Assembly: GCA_010093995.1 (NCBI GenBank)
Contig: ML992503.1
Span: 285,662-349,661 of the forward strand
Origin: Elsinoe ampelina
Lineage: Eukaryota
Length of the DNA: 64,000 bases
Direction of reading: 5' to 3'
The translations under genes were made by a program, and so were the position numbers. Under the pieces are notes generated by a model. That model saw only the letters and a program-made list of their open reading frames with translations. It did no database searches and was not told the DNA's origin. This document shows, piece after piece, positions 12,493 through 24,535 of this stretch (the first letter of the stretch is position 1; each line of letters begins with the position of its first letter).

Positions 12493-14646
12493 CGTGAGAG
12501 ATTGAATTCGAAATTAATCGCTGTCGTCAATGAGAGAATGTGGTAGCTGGGACCTGCCCTGAGCAATGCAAAGATTGACAAATACGAGAGAAGGGAATGA
12601 CTGTCACAGACAGAGAGCACGAACAGAGAGAGCGTGAGGGTGAGGATGAAAGCCAACTGGAGACGGGACCATTTTGTCTATTGTCGATTTGCCTGCACGG
12701 CGAATACTTGGCCAAGGCCGGGATTGCGTCTCATATTCACATGCGATCCGCCCGTGTCCTCGAAGAAAAGGGTGAAAAAGGCCTGTGGCTGCACGGTATG
12801 GCCAGTAGAGGCGTCTCACAGTAGTGGATACAAGACCAGGGGAGGGAACCTGCGTGGGCAATTTCCTGGGAGCATGACGAGCGAGGGGAGCCACAGGGAG
12901 GATGGAACGCAGCGAAAGGGGAATGATGGGCGTGGCACGGGCGATGGTGAGTGTGGTTTGTGGGATTTGTGGATGGGAAGATGCATGTGTTGAAGGAAAG
13001 ATGAAACAGCTACCACGACACAAGCTCAATTATTCAGCGACTACGGGCGGACTACGGCAGCACAGACGCGTCGCAGGACGTGGATCCGGTCTCTTGGCGC
13101 GCCACGGGGTAAGAAAATTGACAAAATCAATGTCGCAGGTCGTTGGGGAGAAAGGAGATCATACAAGTCTGGTCGTTGGCCAAGCAAGACGAACATGTGG
13201 TCGACATCGAAGTGATATTGTCGTCAATCCTGTCGACAATTCGGGACGTAATTAACATTGATGATGCGCAAGATTGATTGCGAGAGCCATCACGGCGGTT
13301 CCGTGTCGTGCGGGTGCTTTCACGTGATTCGACAAACCAATCTCGCCTTGACTTTCCATTCAGGCTAGGATGCGCCGGGAAAAAGTCTATTGGCGCATTG
13401 GCGCATCGGCTGCTTCCGAGTAATGGCCATCTCAGGTCTGATGACAAAGGCCTCCTCTCGACTCACCGATCAGTAAGTTAATGTTGTTGCCTGAGGTGAT
13501 GTGCAGACATAAAGAGTCGCCGCTGCTTACTTGACTCACTCCATCTTCGTTTGGACACTCATAAGGCCCATGATGGTCGCTTGTCAGGCCATGGTACTCT
13601 TGTCGTTTATCTTCGATGGCACGGTCGAGGGCAGATCCGTCTTCGGTAAAAGATTGTGCGATAACGCCACCACTGGACAATTGCACTGTACCGCTCCAGT
13701 CGACTGACCCGCTTGCATCTCGCGTCCCGCCACATGGACACGACTTGTGTTTTTGTCTTTTTGGAACGAGTTGGTCCGAGCTGACGACCAAGGGGACGCT
13801 GTTCTGGAGATCAATTGGACCCCGACTTGACTCGCCAAGACCTCCCCTGCAAGAGTTGCTCACACGACCGACGCCCCCAGGAAACCATTGCTGTCGCATT
13901 TTAACCTTATTCTAGAATGCGACCGGCGACGACCGAGAAGATTTCCAGAATGGTTGCCCTGGATTGGCGACACTGTCAACATTGGTCATGCCCTACTGGG
14001 GTCTCTTTGCCGAGGTCTGGATATTCCGCTGCGATAGGGAGTGGCAATCCTACACCACACTATCGTATGCTGCGCCGTTGTATGCGGGAGGTATCACGGA
14101 TCTACGCTGCCACTTATCGCACATCCGCTCTCTTCTGGCAGAGCCGTCGAACATTTCTCCGCTCGGTTGCACCCTTTGGTCGCGGTGTAATCTACTAGCG
14201 GCGACTAGACTGCTCCATGCCAAGGCGTCACAAGAGCAGCTTATCTTGATACGCTGAAGATAGCCATTGCTTCTCCCGCCCCTCTTCCAATCACCGCCCG
14301 CTTGCCCTGATGCTTGTCCCACGCCACGTGCGGCGAGAGTGGATCAGGAAGGTGTTCGCAATATCGTCCCCCTCCATCTACTGGGCTGATAATGGAACTT
14401 ACCAACTTTCCTGCCTCGTACTGGCCACTCCTGCCTTCCCGAGGCATGAGGGACACCAAGCCACCAACTATGCACGAATGGCGACCACATGTGATCGGCT
14501 ATCTAGGGTAAGTCGCTCTCTCCCATGCCATGTTCGCTTGGCCTTGGTGGCGTGGTAAGATGTAGATTACCCCCGGAGCACAAATACCCTTTGCACTCCC
14601 TGATCTCCGCGCTCGTTTCATTCGTCGTCCTACACAGATTTCCATC

Positions 14647-17311
14647 ATGTCGGGTGCTGTCGAGTATACCGAGAAGCCAGGTGCCACCCCTGTGGTGCAG
14701 GAGAAGACTTTCCACCACTTCGACGCCGAGACACTCAATGTCGGCGGGGAGTTCCCCATGCACCCTGATCCCAAGGGTCCTCATGCCAGCGTCGACGACC
14801 TTGGAAAGGAGCTGGAAGAGGAGGAACCCGAATTCGACCTCTACGTCCCCTTTCCCATGGAGAAGCTAGGTCTTGAGCCAGAAGAGAACATCTTGACCAT
14901 CAGAGGTAAGCATATTGATCCACACTGTCTGTGAATACTCTGACGTCGTCTAGCCCTCCTCGTCGGTATCGTCCTCGGCTCCCTCGTCAACTGCTCCAAC
15001 GTCTACCTTGGTCTCAAGACTGGTTTCACTTTCGGTTCTTCCATGTTCGGCGCCATCTTTGGTTATGGTATTGTCAAGCTCTTCTCAAAGTACTGCGGAA
15101 ATACTCCCATTCTTGGTGGTCCCTTCGGTCCCCAGGAGAACTCGATCATCCAGGCCGCCGCCACCGGTGCCGGTGGACTTTCGGGTCTTTTCGTCGCAGC
15201 TCTGCCTGCCATGTACCAGCTTGGTCTTCTGACCACTCCCATCGAAGATATTGGCCGTATCTTCCCTTTGACCTTGGTCTGGTAAGTACACTGCCGTCGA
15301 AATTCCGAGGTCTTGCCACTAACTTTTCATACAGCTCCTTTTTCGGCTTGTGAGCTCCCACCCCCCTTCCCCCACCCAACCCCCCAATCGACGACAGGCA
15401 AAGCTAACGATTGACGTTGAGATTCTTCGTAACGCCCCTCAGAAAATTTTTCATCATCAACGTTGCCAGGGAGCTCCGTCTCATGTTTCCCACCTCGACT
15501 GCTACAGCAATGACCATTAGGTCCATGCACGCCGCCGGATCCGGAGGTTTAGATGCCATGAAGAAGCTGAAGGCTTTGGGATATGCCTTCGCGGCCGCCA
15601 TTGTACAACGTGTTGCCAGTTACTACGCCATTGGCATCCTGTATGACTGGCACGTGTTTACTTGGTATCAATCCGATCCTACGTTATAGCAGTAAAGTAT
15701 ACTAATACGCTTCCAGGATCTTCATCTGAATCACTCCCCGAACTTCATTGTAGCAGAAAAGTATACTAATACGCTTCCAGGGGGCAAACATAGCAACTCA
15801 GCAATTTATTTTGAAAACTGGGGCTGGCTTATCGAATGGACCCCAGCTTTCCTCGGCTCCGGCATGCTTGTCGGTCTTAATTCCGCATGCTCCATGATGG
15901 CCGGCTCTATCCTTGCCTGGGGCATCATCGGTCCACTCCTTGTCAAGTACGGCATCTGTATCGGTCTCGCAGCTGTCTCACTCGCAGACGTCGAGGCCGG
16001 CGACATTACCCAAGAGTTCTATGACCAGTGGAAAGAGTCCGTTACATTCTACTCCATGTCGACAAAGACCATCACGTCCGCCACCCCCTCGCCTCGCTAC
16101 TGGCTCCTCTGGCCCGGTGTCATGATCATGGTCTGCGCCTCCCTTGCCGAGTTCTTTGTTCAGTACAAGATCATCTGGCGAGGTCTCGTCTCTGCCTGGA
16201 GAGCTACCGCCGACGGTCTCGCCAGCGTTGCTGCCAAACGGGGCAAGCCATCCGCCTTCCTCGAGAAGCATTCTCAGACCGCCCACTCCACTGGTAACGA
16301 GGCCCAAGATTTTGCTCTGCCACAGGACCAAGTCCGTACCTGGGAATGGGCCCTCGGTCTCGTTGCCACTCTTGTTGCCACCTGCATCATCGGCGCCCTT
16401 CAGTTCGACATGAACGTCGGCATGTCCATCCTCGCCTCCATCTTGGCCTTCATGTTCGCTTTCCTCTGCATCCAGTGCGGTGGTGTGACCGACGTCACTC
16501 CCCTCACCGCAGCAGCCAAGGCCTCTCAGCTCGTCTTCGGTGGTGCCACTGCTCCCATGAGCATCTCTGTCCAGGACAAGCAGACCCTCAACCTCGTCGC
16601 CGGTGGTATCGCTTCCGGAGCCGCCGACATGGCCACCTCGCTTACCGCCGACTTCCGCACTGGTTTCCTCCTCAAGACACCTCCCCGCAAGCAATGGTAC
16701 GCTCAGGCCCTCGGTACCTTCATCGCCGTCTGGCTCGCCCCAGGCATCTTCGTCCTCTTCATGTCCGCCTACCCCTGCGTCATCCGGCCCGACGACTTCG
16801 ACACCTGCCCCTTCTCCGCCCCATCCGTCTCCGCCTGGCGCGCCGTCGCCGTCGCTGTCACGGCCCCAAGCTTTAACATCCCCAAGAGCTCAGCCATGTA
16901 AGGCCCCCTTCCCCCCAACCCCACCCCCTCAGTAAAATAGTGACTAACCCCCTTCCCAGCTTCGCATGCGTCATGGGCGCCGTCTCCGTCATCCAGGCTC
17001 TCGTCCGCCACTTCTACCTCCACGGCACCCGCGAGAAGTACAGGATCTACCTGCCCAACTGGATGGCCGTCGCTCTTGCTTTCGTCATCCCGCAGACCTA
17101 CTACTCTACCGCAATGCTGATCGGGGCCATTGTCGCGCATATCTGGGCCAAGAAGAGCGCAAAGAGCTTCGACATGTACTGCTACGCTATCGCGGCCGGT
17201 TTGATTGCTGGTGAGGGTTTGGGCGGTGTCGTTGGTGCGTGCTTGGAGCTTGGTGGGGTTAGTGGGAGTAAGTTGGGGACGAATATTGGGTGTCCTGTCA
17301 ATAGCTGTTAG
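14647..17311 (+). CDS. OPT-superfamily oligopeptide / YSL-like transporter, multi-exon
   Basis: Motifs [46 protein letters not shown] and [13 protein letters not shown]. Introns about 14906..14953, 15282..15334, 15350..15421, 15665..15716, 15728..15780 (non-canonical) and about 16898..16959. Confidence 0.9.
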
Positions 17312-17613
17312 ATGGGGAGTAGAAGGAGGGGGAGTGAGACTGATGATGATGAAATTGATTGTTGGCTATATGATACTGTGTTTCCTTTCGTTTGGCTTTC
17401 GTGTTGCTTCGGCTGTCGTGTGTGCTTGCTTTGTGCTCTTTGCCCCCAATCGTACACGACCATCCCCTAAATTACGACGATGGCTTGCAGTATGTGCGCA
17501 GCAGGTTTGGCCTCTGGCATTTCTGCTCGTCGCTTCTCGCCTGGACCAGATCGGAACTTGCTCGTCTTTCATTACCGCATTGAGTGCTCATCACACTCTG
17601 TCTTACTCTCGTC

Positions 17614-20441
17614 TCAATCCGTCTCACTCTTGACCACCGCCGTCTCTACCTTGACCACCGGTGTCTCTGCCTTGTTCATCTTGTCAAGTGTGGAGCGAAT
17701 CCTCTTGAACCTCAACTCTGCATCTACCAGGAATTTGGCAGCCGCTGTTTTGGCCTTCTGGTAGCCCTCCCCGTCCAGCTGCTTCCCTGTCAATTTGTTG
17801 CGGTAGGCGCTCAGAGTCGCAGCGATGGCAACGTCATACTCCTTCATGATGCTGTCCAAGCCTTGCTGGATATCAGTCTCGATGTCGTTGATGATCTTGC
17901 CAAATACATCTCCGTTCACACTTTGCATATGTTCAAGGAAGAACCGCAACACGTCGTCTCTGTAGCCCTCTCCACTGATGGGAAGCAGTTTGCGGTAGAA
18001 CGGCGCCATGTGAGTTTCGCTGTAGATTGGGTTGCCGGGCTGCAGGATGCGCAGACTGATCGTGCTATAGAGAGTCAGTCACATTATTGCTTTTGATAGG
18101 ACTAACCAGATCTTAGGTGATGCATACCGATCGAGCTTGTCAATCTGATCTTTGAATTCATCCGCAGACCTTTCGTCGAAGCTCTGATGCGTCTTGCTGA
18201 TGTCGGCAATCAGGCTGCGTCCGAGACCGATGTTCTCCTCGAGCTCTGATATACCGTCAGCTTTTGTAAACACGCCTTTTCTCCGCACGTCTTACCACTG
18301 AGAGTCTTGGTAAACTCGCGATATATCTGAGCGCGAGCGGAATCTGCCTCTTCGAAATGTGCCCCTGTCTGACTACGACGATCGGAGAATGGGAGCAAAG
18401 CACCTCGCTTCACACAGTCGGTGATATCAGCATTGAAGTTGTAGGACTGTCCGGTGAAAGCGCTTCTGAAGACACCATAACGAGTCACGATGGCCTTTAG
18501 TGTGCCTGCATGGATGTCCTTGCGAAGATTCTGATACTCTCTACCATTTGCGATCATCTTGACTTTGTTTGTACGAAGCTGCTTGACCAGATTGTAGAAG
18601 TCCAGCTGCGTGGTTGTTCGTGGCGAGGTTTGTTTCAGCTTCTCAACGAATGCATCGAATCGCCGCTCGATCACTTCCGGGTTCTTGGGAGGCTGTCGCT
18701 CCGCAACAACGCGGATCGACTCAGCAAATGAGGCGTAGTGCTGCAGCTGCCATTCCAGACGACGGAAAACAATGGGTTCCACGAGACCAAGGAGAAAGCG
18801 ACGAAAGTCCGGAATCCCCGTACTCTCAAGGGTGAGTGTCGGACTGGTTTTCTCCCATTCCTGCACGTTAAGCCAGTAATGCACGTTGGAGACGAAGAAA
18901 GTAGGCACGTCAATCTTCTTGATGGCTTGGAACTCTGCCTTCCTGACCTTGTTGCGCATGTTCACCGCGAGTTCCAATTCCTTGAATTCTGTCAGCATGT
19001 TTCACGTCCGTCTGCCAGAAACCTTACCTATTCTCCTTTTCGTGTTTTGCTCGCCTGTAAAGCTGTCAATCTAAGTTCACAAGTCAAAAAGGCCTGACTC
19101 ACTGCGCAATGGCCCATTGCTGCATAGCCGCTAAGTCCGAATAGTCCATGGGACATTTGCCATTCTGTTTTGTCTCTTTATGCAGCCGGGCGTACTCCTC
19201 AACTTCTGCATGGAAGCCTTTCGTCTTCGCTTCGGGCTGAATGTTCCTCACATAGTCATTGTGATCATATTCCTACAAAGTCAGCAAAAAGGCACATAAG
19301 CCAGCCACACCAACTCACATCGCTCCTCGTCATGACTATGGCAAGCTTGCCGGCAAATGCCTCCTTGTATCGACTCAGGATCTTCTCGAGCTGTATGTCG
19401 GTAGCACATCGCATCTGCACTGAGGTCACCAGTATCAAGTAGTCGCAGCCGTCAATGTAGTCGTACGCATTCCGCTCACGCAGCTGGTTCACGTCTGAGA
19501 CACCCGGGGCATCTCCTAATACCATGTCCTGCAGCAGGGGACAGTCTTTGATGAAGACTGAGATCTTCTTGACGAGCGGCCATAGCGATGGTTCACCTTC
19601 CACATCGTTGGTAGACCCTAATGGCTGTATGAACGCGCTGACGTCTTCTGTAGTCTCAAAGTGTCGCTCTTTGACAAGGCCGTCTCCACCTGGGAAAGCC
19701 TCAACGAGTTCCTCGCATCTAGAGTACACCGTTTCCTGGAAAGCATCCAGGGTCCCGGCATCATGATGCGCAAGCAGAGTCTCGGCAATGCCAGCTTGTT
19801 CCGAGAGATTGGGATCATCAGCGAAGATAGATTGAAGAAGCTGGAGCAGAGTGGTGGCTGCAGATGCGAGCCGGTCAGCTTCGACGCTGTCGCAGACTCT
19901 AGTGTCATCATTGTTGAAATGAAGCAGCTGGTAATCATCGAAGAGTTTTGAGAACGTACTTCGCCTATCCGGATCGCTGTGGAAGTGGAGATAGACCTCG
20001 TAATCACTTTTCTGATCTGGAGCTGCACCAGTAATTTCACACGGAGCACTTGTGCATCCTGCCATGGAGGAATCCTGGTCCGTGTTAGCATATAATAACG
20101 GGTGATGGAGGTCTACTTACCGAGCGTGAGATGGAAGGCTGATGAGGGACAACGTTGAACAGAGCGCTTTTCCCCATTCCAGAAGCGCCGATAATGGCAA
20201 CTTTCAGACGGTTTTCGACCTTCGGCACGAGCGACACGTTCGCATGATCCAGAAGCGGCCTTTCGCCGGTGTCGAACTCTGAGTGGTCCTTCAGCACAGT
20301 GTCTCCCTCCGATGCCATGGATGTGAGTAAAGTATGAATGCCATGTTCCTGGTCCTTGACGTTGCTGTATGATTCGGTCCCTGCCGTCCTTGCAATTTCT
20401 TCAGGGCCTTCCAGTCTGCGCTTCGAGTGAGGGATAGACAT
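17614..20441 (-). CDS. Dynamin-like / SLIP-GC-like P-loop GTPase, paralogue 1 (multi-exon; 3' exon boundaries approximate)
   Basis: G1 GASGMGKS, G2 GCTS, WPLVKKI, G3 DAPG, G4 TRSD, then TGIPDFR and a helical C-terminus. Introns 20075..20120 and 19273..19318 plus several downstream. Confidence 0.8.
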
Positions 20442-21265
20442 GTCGTGTGCTGAAGAGGTGGAACTGTTCTGTACTGGTATTCGGAAGATGGCGTACGAGA
20501 CGTTCTGGTGCAGTGTGAGGTTGATATTATATAGATTGACTCAGCTCTGAGGAGGCTCAAGTACGATCTGAAGTGAGAGATGATATGCAGGAAATGCGTG
20601 GACGGTGAAGAGAGTTCAATGATCGTGGAGCTGAAAGAGGAAACCAGGTCATTGACTGAGGTTTAGACCTACTACGTGTCGTACAATACTGACACCGGTG
20701 CGTGAGTGATTCGAGTGAAGTAGAGTGGTGAGATGTATCTCAGCGATGATGCCGATGCGTTGTGGACGTAAAGGAGCAGTGAGAGATGACTCAAGAAGTG
20801 CTTGTTCAAGCATGCCAAGGGTCAAAGGCGAGCTCCAAAGTCGCATTGCTCGTGCTGAAAGGTAGACAAGCTTGGTACGGGGAAAGACGGTATGGGAGTG
20901 GTCTCACATGTATATTAAAAAGAAAAAAAGGGTGAGTACGATAACCATGTCGCTGCTTTCGGGCCAGTTCATGTATTTGCCTGCATCACAAAACCCACTG
21001 CTTTGATAAGAGAAATGGTGATAATGCGCCCCGATCATGCAGCACACTGGTAATAAACAGCGACGACATGCTGATAACAAGCAAGCATTTTGGGATGGCG
21101 TTACGCGGATGGTGAGCGAAGGTCTTAGGTGGGAGTGATGCCAAGACATGAGGTCGACAAAAATTATCAGACCTTCTGGCCACAGATGACATAAGCACCA
21201 CAACCCATCAGACAGCGTGAATGCGGATCGCAGAGCCAAAGTCATAGCCACAGATAGAGCACGGC

Positions 21266-23551
21266 ATGAAGCGCAAGCGTGGTCGCCAGAGCACAAGCTC
21301 GAATGCTGGTTTCGATCCAGTCGGGCTGACACTCGAGCGGCTCAACGGCAGAGACAATCATGAAGTCGAGAATGGAGCAGACACAGCAGATGTGCAGTCT
21401 CGAAGATCGAGCACTGCCAGCGTTCCTGCCAAACGACCATCTGAAGAGGCGAATGCGGAAGAGCAAGGATGGGAGATACAAGAAGACCGGACAGCGAGAA
21501 AAAGACGACGGAAGCTCGAGAAGAACTACCCAGATCTGTCTCATTCTCATCATGCACGCCTCCAATCGTTCGTCAAATTGTCAGACCTGCAGAACCTTGT
21601 GCTATATCTCCTAGCCGATGGATCGTCTCCGCAGTGGGTGTCTGTGCAGAACCACCAGCATATCGACAAGGTCGTGACGCTCATGGTGCCAGGCCTCGAC
21701 GCCGCACTGCTGAATGGGACTGTAGATCTGGGAGTTGATCTCTCCGAGCAGAATGTACTGGATGTTCGAGAGGCAAATTCGAAGGTAGGTAACGACGGCG
21801 AAACGAATGGCTCCAGTTCTGCGCCGAAACAGCAGAAGATGTACATAAAGCCGGATGACTACTACCCATCGAAGCTTGCCCATCAGAAGCTCCCAGAGCC
21901 GCTCAAGCCACTGTCAGGATTGTTCAACCATGTATGGCCTATCAAGACACCCGGCGACCCTCGCCGCATGCATAGTCCCATGTACGGAATGTTGAGTTCT
22001 AGCATCCCCCGATCCAAAGAGGACAAGAACATCAAAGGCGCAAAGCCACCCGCCGAAGCTCGCAGCTGGAAGAACCAACGTACTCCTATCACAGAGTATG
22101 TCATGACCAGGGGCGAGCTCCTGGAGAATGGGTTTGCAGTCCATCCGGCACATCTTGCGACACAAAGCGAGAGAGATATCGAGCTTGCTCGCCGTCATAA
22201 AGCGGTGCAGTCCTCGGCTGATGGCTGGGTGGATCTGCTTCCCGAATTGGCCTCGCCCCTAGACGGTGCCGCTCCCGATCATGACATCGAAGCCGGCTCC
22301 ATTCTTCAAGGTCGGCGTGTCCTCCTCATGGACTGCGAGATGGTCTCTACTGTCACGGATCGATTTGCTCTTGCTCGCATCTCACTTGTGGACTGGGATG
22401 GTGCAGTTGTGCTTGACGAACTTGTCAAACCTCCCGACCCAGTCAAAGATTATCTGACTCCCTATTCCGGCATTACTAAAGCCATGATGGATACAGCTAC
22501 CTTGACTTTGCAAGACATTCAGCGAAAGCTCGAAGAGATTGTCACTCCACAGACCATACTTGCTGGACACAGTTTGGACTCTGATTTCCGTGCCCTCAAG
22601 ATCAGCTACCCTTTCGTCGTTGACACAACGCTACTGTATCCGCATCCAAAGGGTCCGCCGCAAAAGAGCAGCCTCAAATGGTTGACACAGAAGTACCTCA
22701 GCCGGGAGATCCAAGGCAACGCCATCAAAGGCCACGACTCGGTCGAGGACGCAAAGGCAGTATTGGACTTGGTACGACAGAAGTGCGAGAAGGGCAAGAG
22801 CTGGGGCACGGGCGAAGCTAGTGGCGAACCAATTTTCAGACGTCTTGCAAGGACTGGCAAGGTCAAAGGAGACAGAAGTGGCAAAAAGCATGGAGAGCAA
22901 GACGATTGGGAAAGTAGCCCTCGTCGTACGGGAGCAATGGTAGACTGGGTGGGCAACATGCATGGATTCGGCGCTAGTGCCAGTGTGGCGATTAGTTGCG
23001 GGAGTGATGCTGAGGTTGTGGCGGGAGTGTTAAAAGCAGCCGGAGTTGGCTCCAACGATGCCAGCGGGGGTTTACCGGGAGCTGAGAAGGTCCCGGACGG
23101 AGGGTGTGACTTCATCTTCGGCCGGTTGAGAGAACTGGAGTTCGAGCGTGGGTGGTCACCGAGAATCCCCGGTCTTGCTACTTCAGCCGCGAAGCCCGAA
23201 GACAACGACATGCAAGTCGATCATCCGACGAACCACCCTGCGGAGGACGCCGAGGCCAATTTTCCACTACGTGAAGTCGTCGCCCGTACAGTGAAGCACA
23301 TCGAAGAGGTCTTCGACTCGCTCCCCGAACGAACCGCAGTCATCGTCTACTCCGGCTCCGGCGATCCTAGGGAAATGATCAAATACCAGAAACTTCATGC
23401 TCAGCACAAAGAAGAATACTTGACCAAGAAATGGGACGAGCTCGATGTCAAATGGACTGATACAGAAGAGCAAGCTCTAAAGAGAGCGGTCGAGGACGCC
23501 AGGAAGGGAATTGGCTTCATCGGCGTGACTCCAATGAAGAGCACCCGCTAG
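21266..23551 (+). CDS. REX1: DEDDh RNA exonuclease (REX1/RNH70/REXO1-like)
   Basis: 761 aa with exonuclease motifs MDCEM, YLTPYSGIT, GHSLDSDFRAL, DTTLLY and GHDSVEDA. Confidence 0.9.
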   Translation: MKRKRGRQSTSSNAGFDPVGLTLERLNGRDNHEVENGADTADVQSRRSSTASVPAKRPSEEANAEEQGWEIQEDRTARKRRRKLEKNYPDLSHSHHARLQSFVKLSDLQNLVLYLLADGSSPQWVSVQNHQHIDKVVTLMVPGLDAALLNGTVDLGVDLSEQNVLDVREANSKVGNDGETNGSSSAPKQQKMYIKPDDYYPSKLAHQKLPEPLKPLSGLFNHVWPIKTPGDPRRMHSPMYGMLSSSIPRSKEDKNIKGAKPPAEARSWKNQRTPITEYVMTRGELLENGFAVHPAHLATQSERDIELARRHKAVQSSADGWVDLLPELASPLDGAAPDHDIEAGSILQGRRVLLMDCEMVSTVTDRFALARISLVDWDGAVVLDELVKPPDPVKDYLTPYSGITKAMMDTATLTLQDIQRKLEEIVTPQTILAGHSLDSDFRALKISYPFVVDTTLLYPHPKGPPQKSSLKWLTQKYLSREIQGNAIKGHDSVEDAKAVLDLVRQKCEKGKSWGTGEASGEPIFRRLARTGKVKGDRSGKKHGEQDDWESSPRRTGAMVDWVGNMHGFGASASVAISCGSDAEVVAGVLKAAGVGSNDASGGLPGAEKVPDGGCDFIFGRLRELEFERGWSPRIPGLATSAAKPEDNDMQVDHPTNHPAEDAEANFPLREVVARTVKHIEEVFDSLPERTAVIVYSGSGDPREMIKYQKLHAQHKEEYLTKKWDELDVKWTDTEEQALKRAVEDARKGIGFIGVTPMKSTR

Positions 23552-23783
23552 AGATCCCACGTCCTGAGATGGACGCAGGGCATAAGTACGGACATCCTTA
23601 CTATCCCAAGGTAGCAAATCCACGCCTCCACCCATATCAAACCCATGATGAGCTCCTCCACATGCTCTCCGGTGCATCTGATCATCAACGTGATCCGCAC
23701 CATTGCCTCGGTTACCCTCTTGACCTCCCCATGCGTCATCCTTGAAGGGCGCATGAAGAGTGCATATCACTGACGCATCCCAA

Positions 23784-24158
23784 TCAAGGCCCCAAGACCG
23801 GCACACCAAGCACAACCACCCAAACCATCCCCACCAGTACGCCCAACTGGCTCGGAAACACGGTGCTACCCGCCGACGCAGAACGATTACAAGTCGTCCC
23901 CAGCCTCGTCGCGTTGGTGTCCAGACTCACACACCGCGAGAAGCCCACAGTATCGATCGCCGCGGGAGGCTGGCAGTAGATGAAGCAACCCTCGGATTGC
24001 CGGATGGTGCCAGTCGAGCATCGACGGTGTTCCACCAGGGAATCGTGTTGTTCCAGGGGCTGTCCCCTGAGATGTCAGGGCAGGAGGCTGTCAGGTCTCA
24101 GCGGCACTGCTCAAGGATGGTGGGGCCGGGGATTCTTACATCGGTTTGGGCTCGTCAT
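23784..24158 (-). pseudogene. Possible frameshifted small Cys-rich, GPI-anchor-like protein gene
   Basis: ATG 24158, intron 24088..24139, then SCPDISGDSPWNNTIPW. A different frame gives CSTGTIRQSEGCFIYC...RC...TCN plus a hydrophobic C-terminal tail. No splice combination I tried joins the frames. Confidence 0.35.
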
Positions 24159-24535
24159 GGTGGCAGTTGTTGGCGGATAGTGCCACGATTGGAAATTGGA
24201 TGTGTCGCGGAGCCGGACCCGCCGTCGATGAAGCTGCTCGTTGGCGATGTTTCGGGATGCTAGAGAACGTCGTTCTGTGCCGCATCGCTTGCAGCGCGTA
24301 ACTTGAGCTACAAAATTCAAGTCGGATCGAAGTTGGGAGCATGATGACGGGAGATGCAGCGTCGACAACGCGACTGTTCTCGACCCGTGAACATGGTGTG
24401 TTCGGTCGTTTGTTGGAGTGATCTTATTTCAATTTGAAAGAGTCACCATGCTACATCCAACAACCAATTTTGTCCATGCTATGCAAATGGGGTATCCAAG
24501 CCATATTCCCTACCAGTGCAATTTCTGTATCGCCC

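Noticed and set aside
12500..14640. Many short ORFs between the subtilisin and OPT genes
   Set aside because: No coding bias or motifs. Treated as a divergent promoter region.
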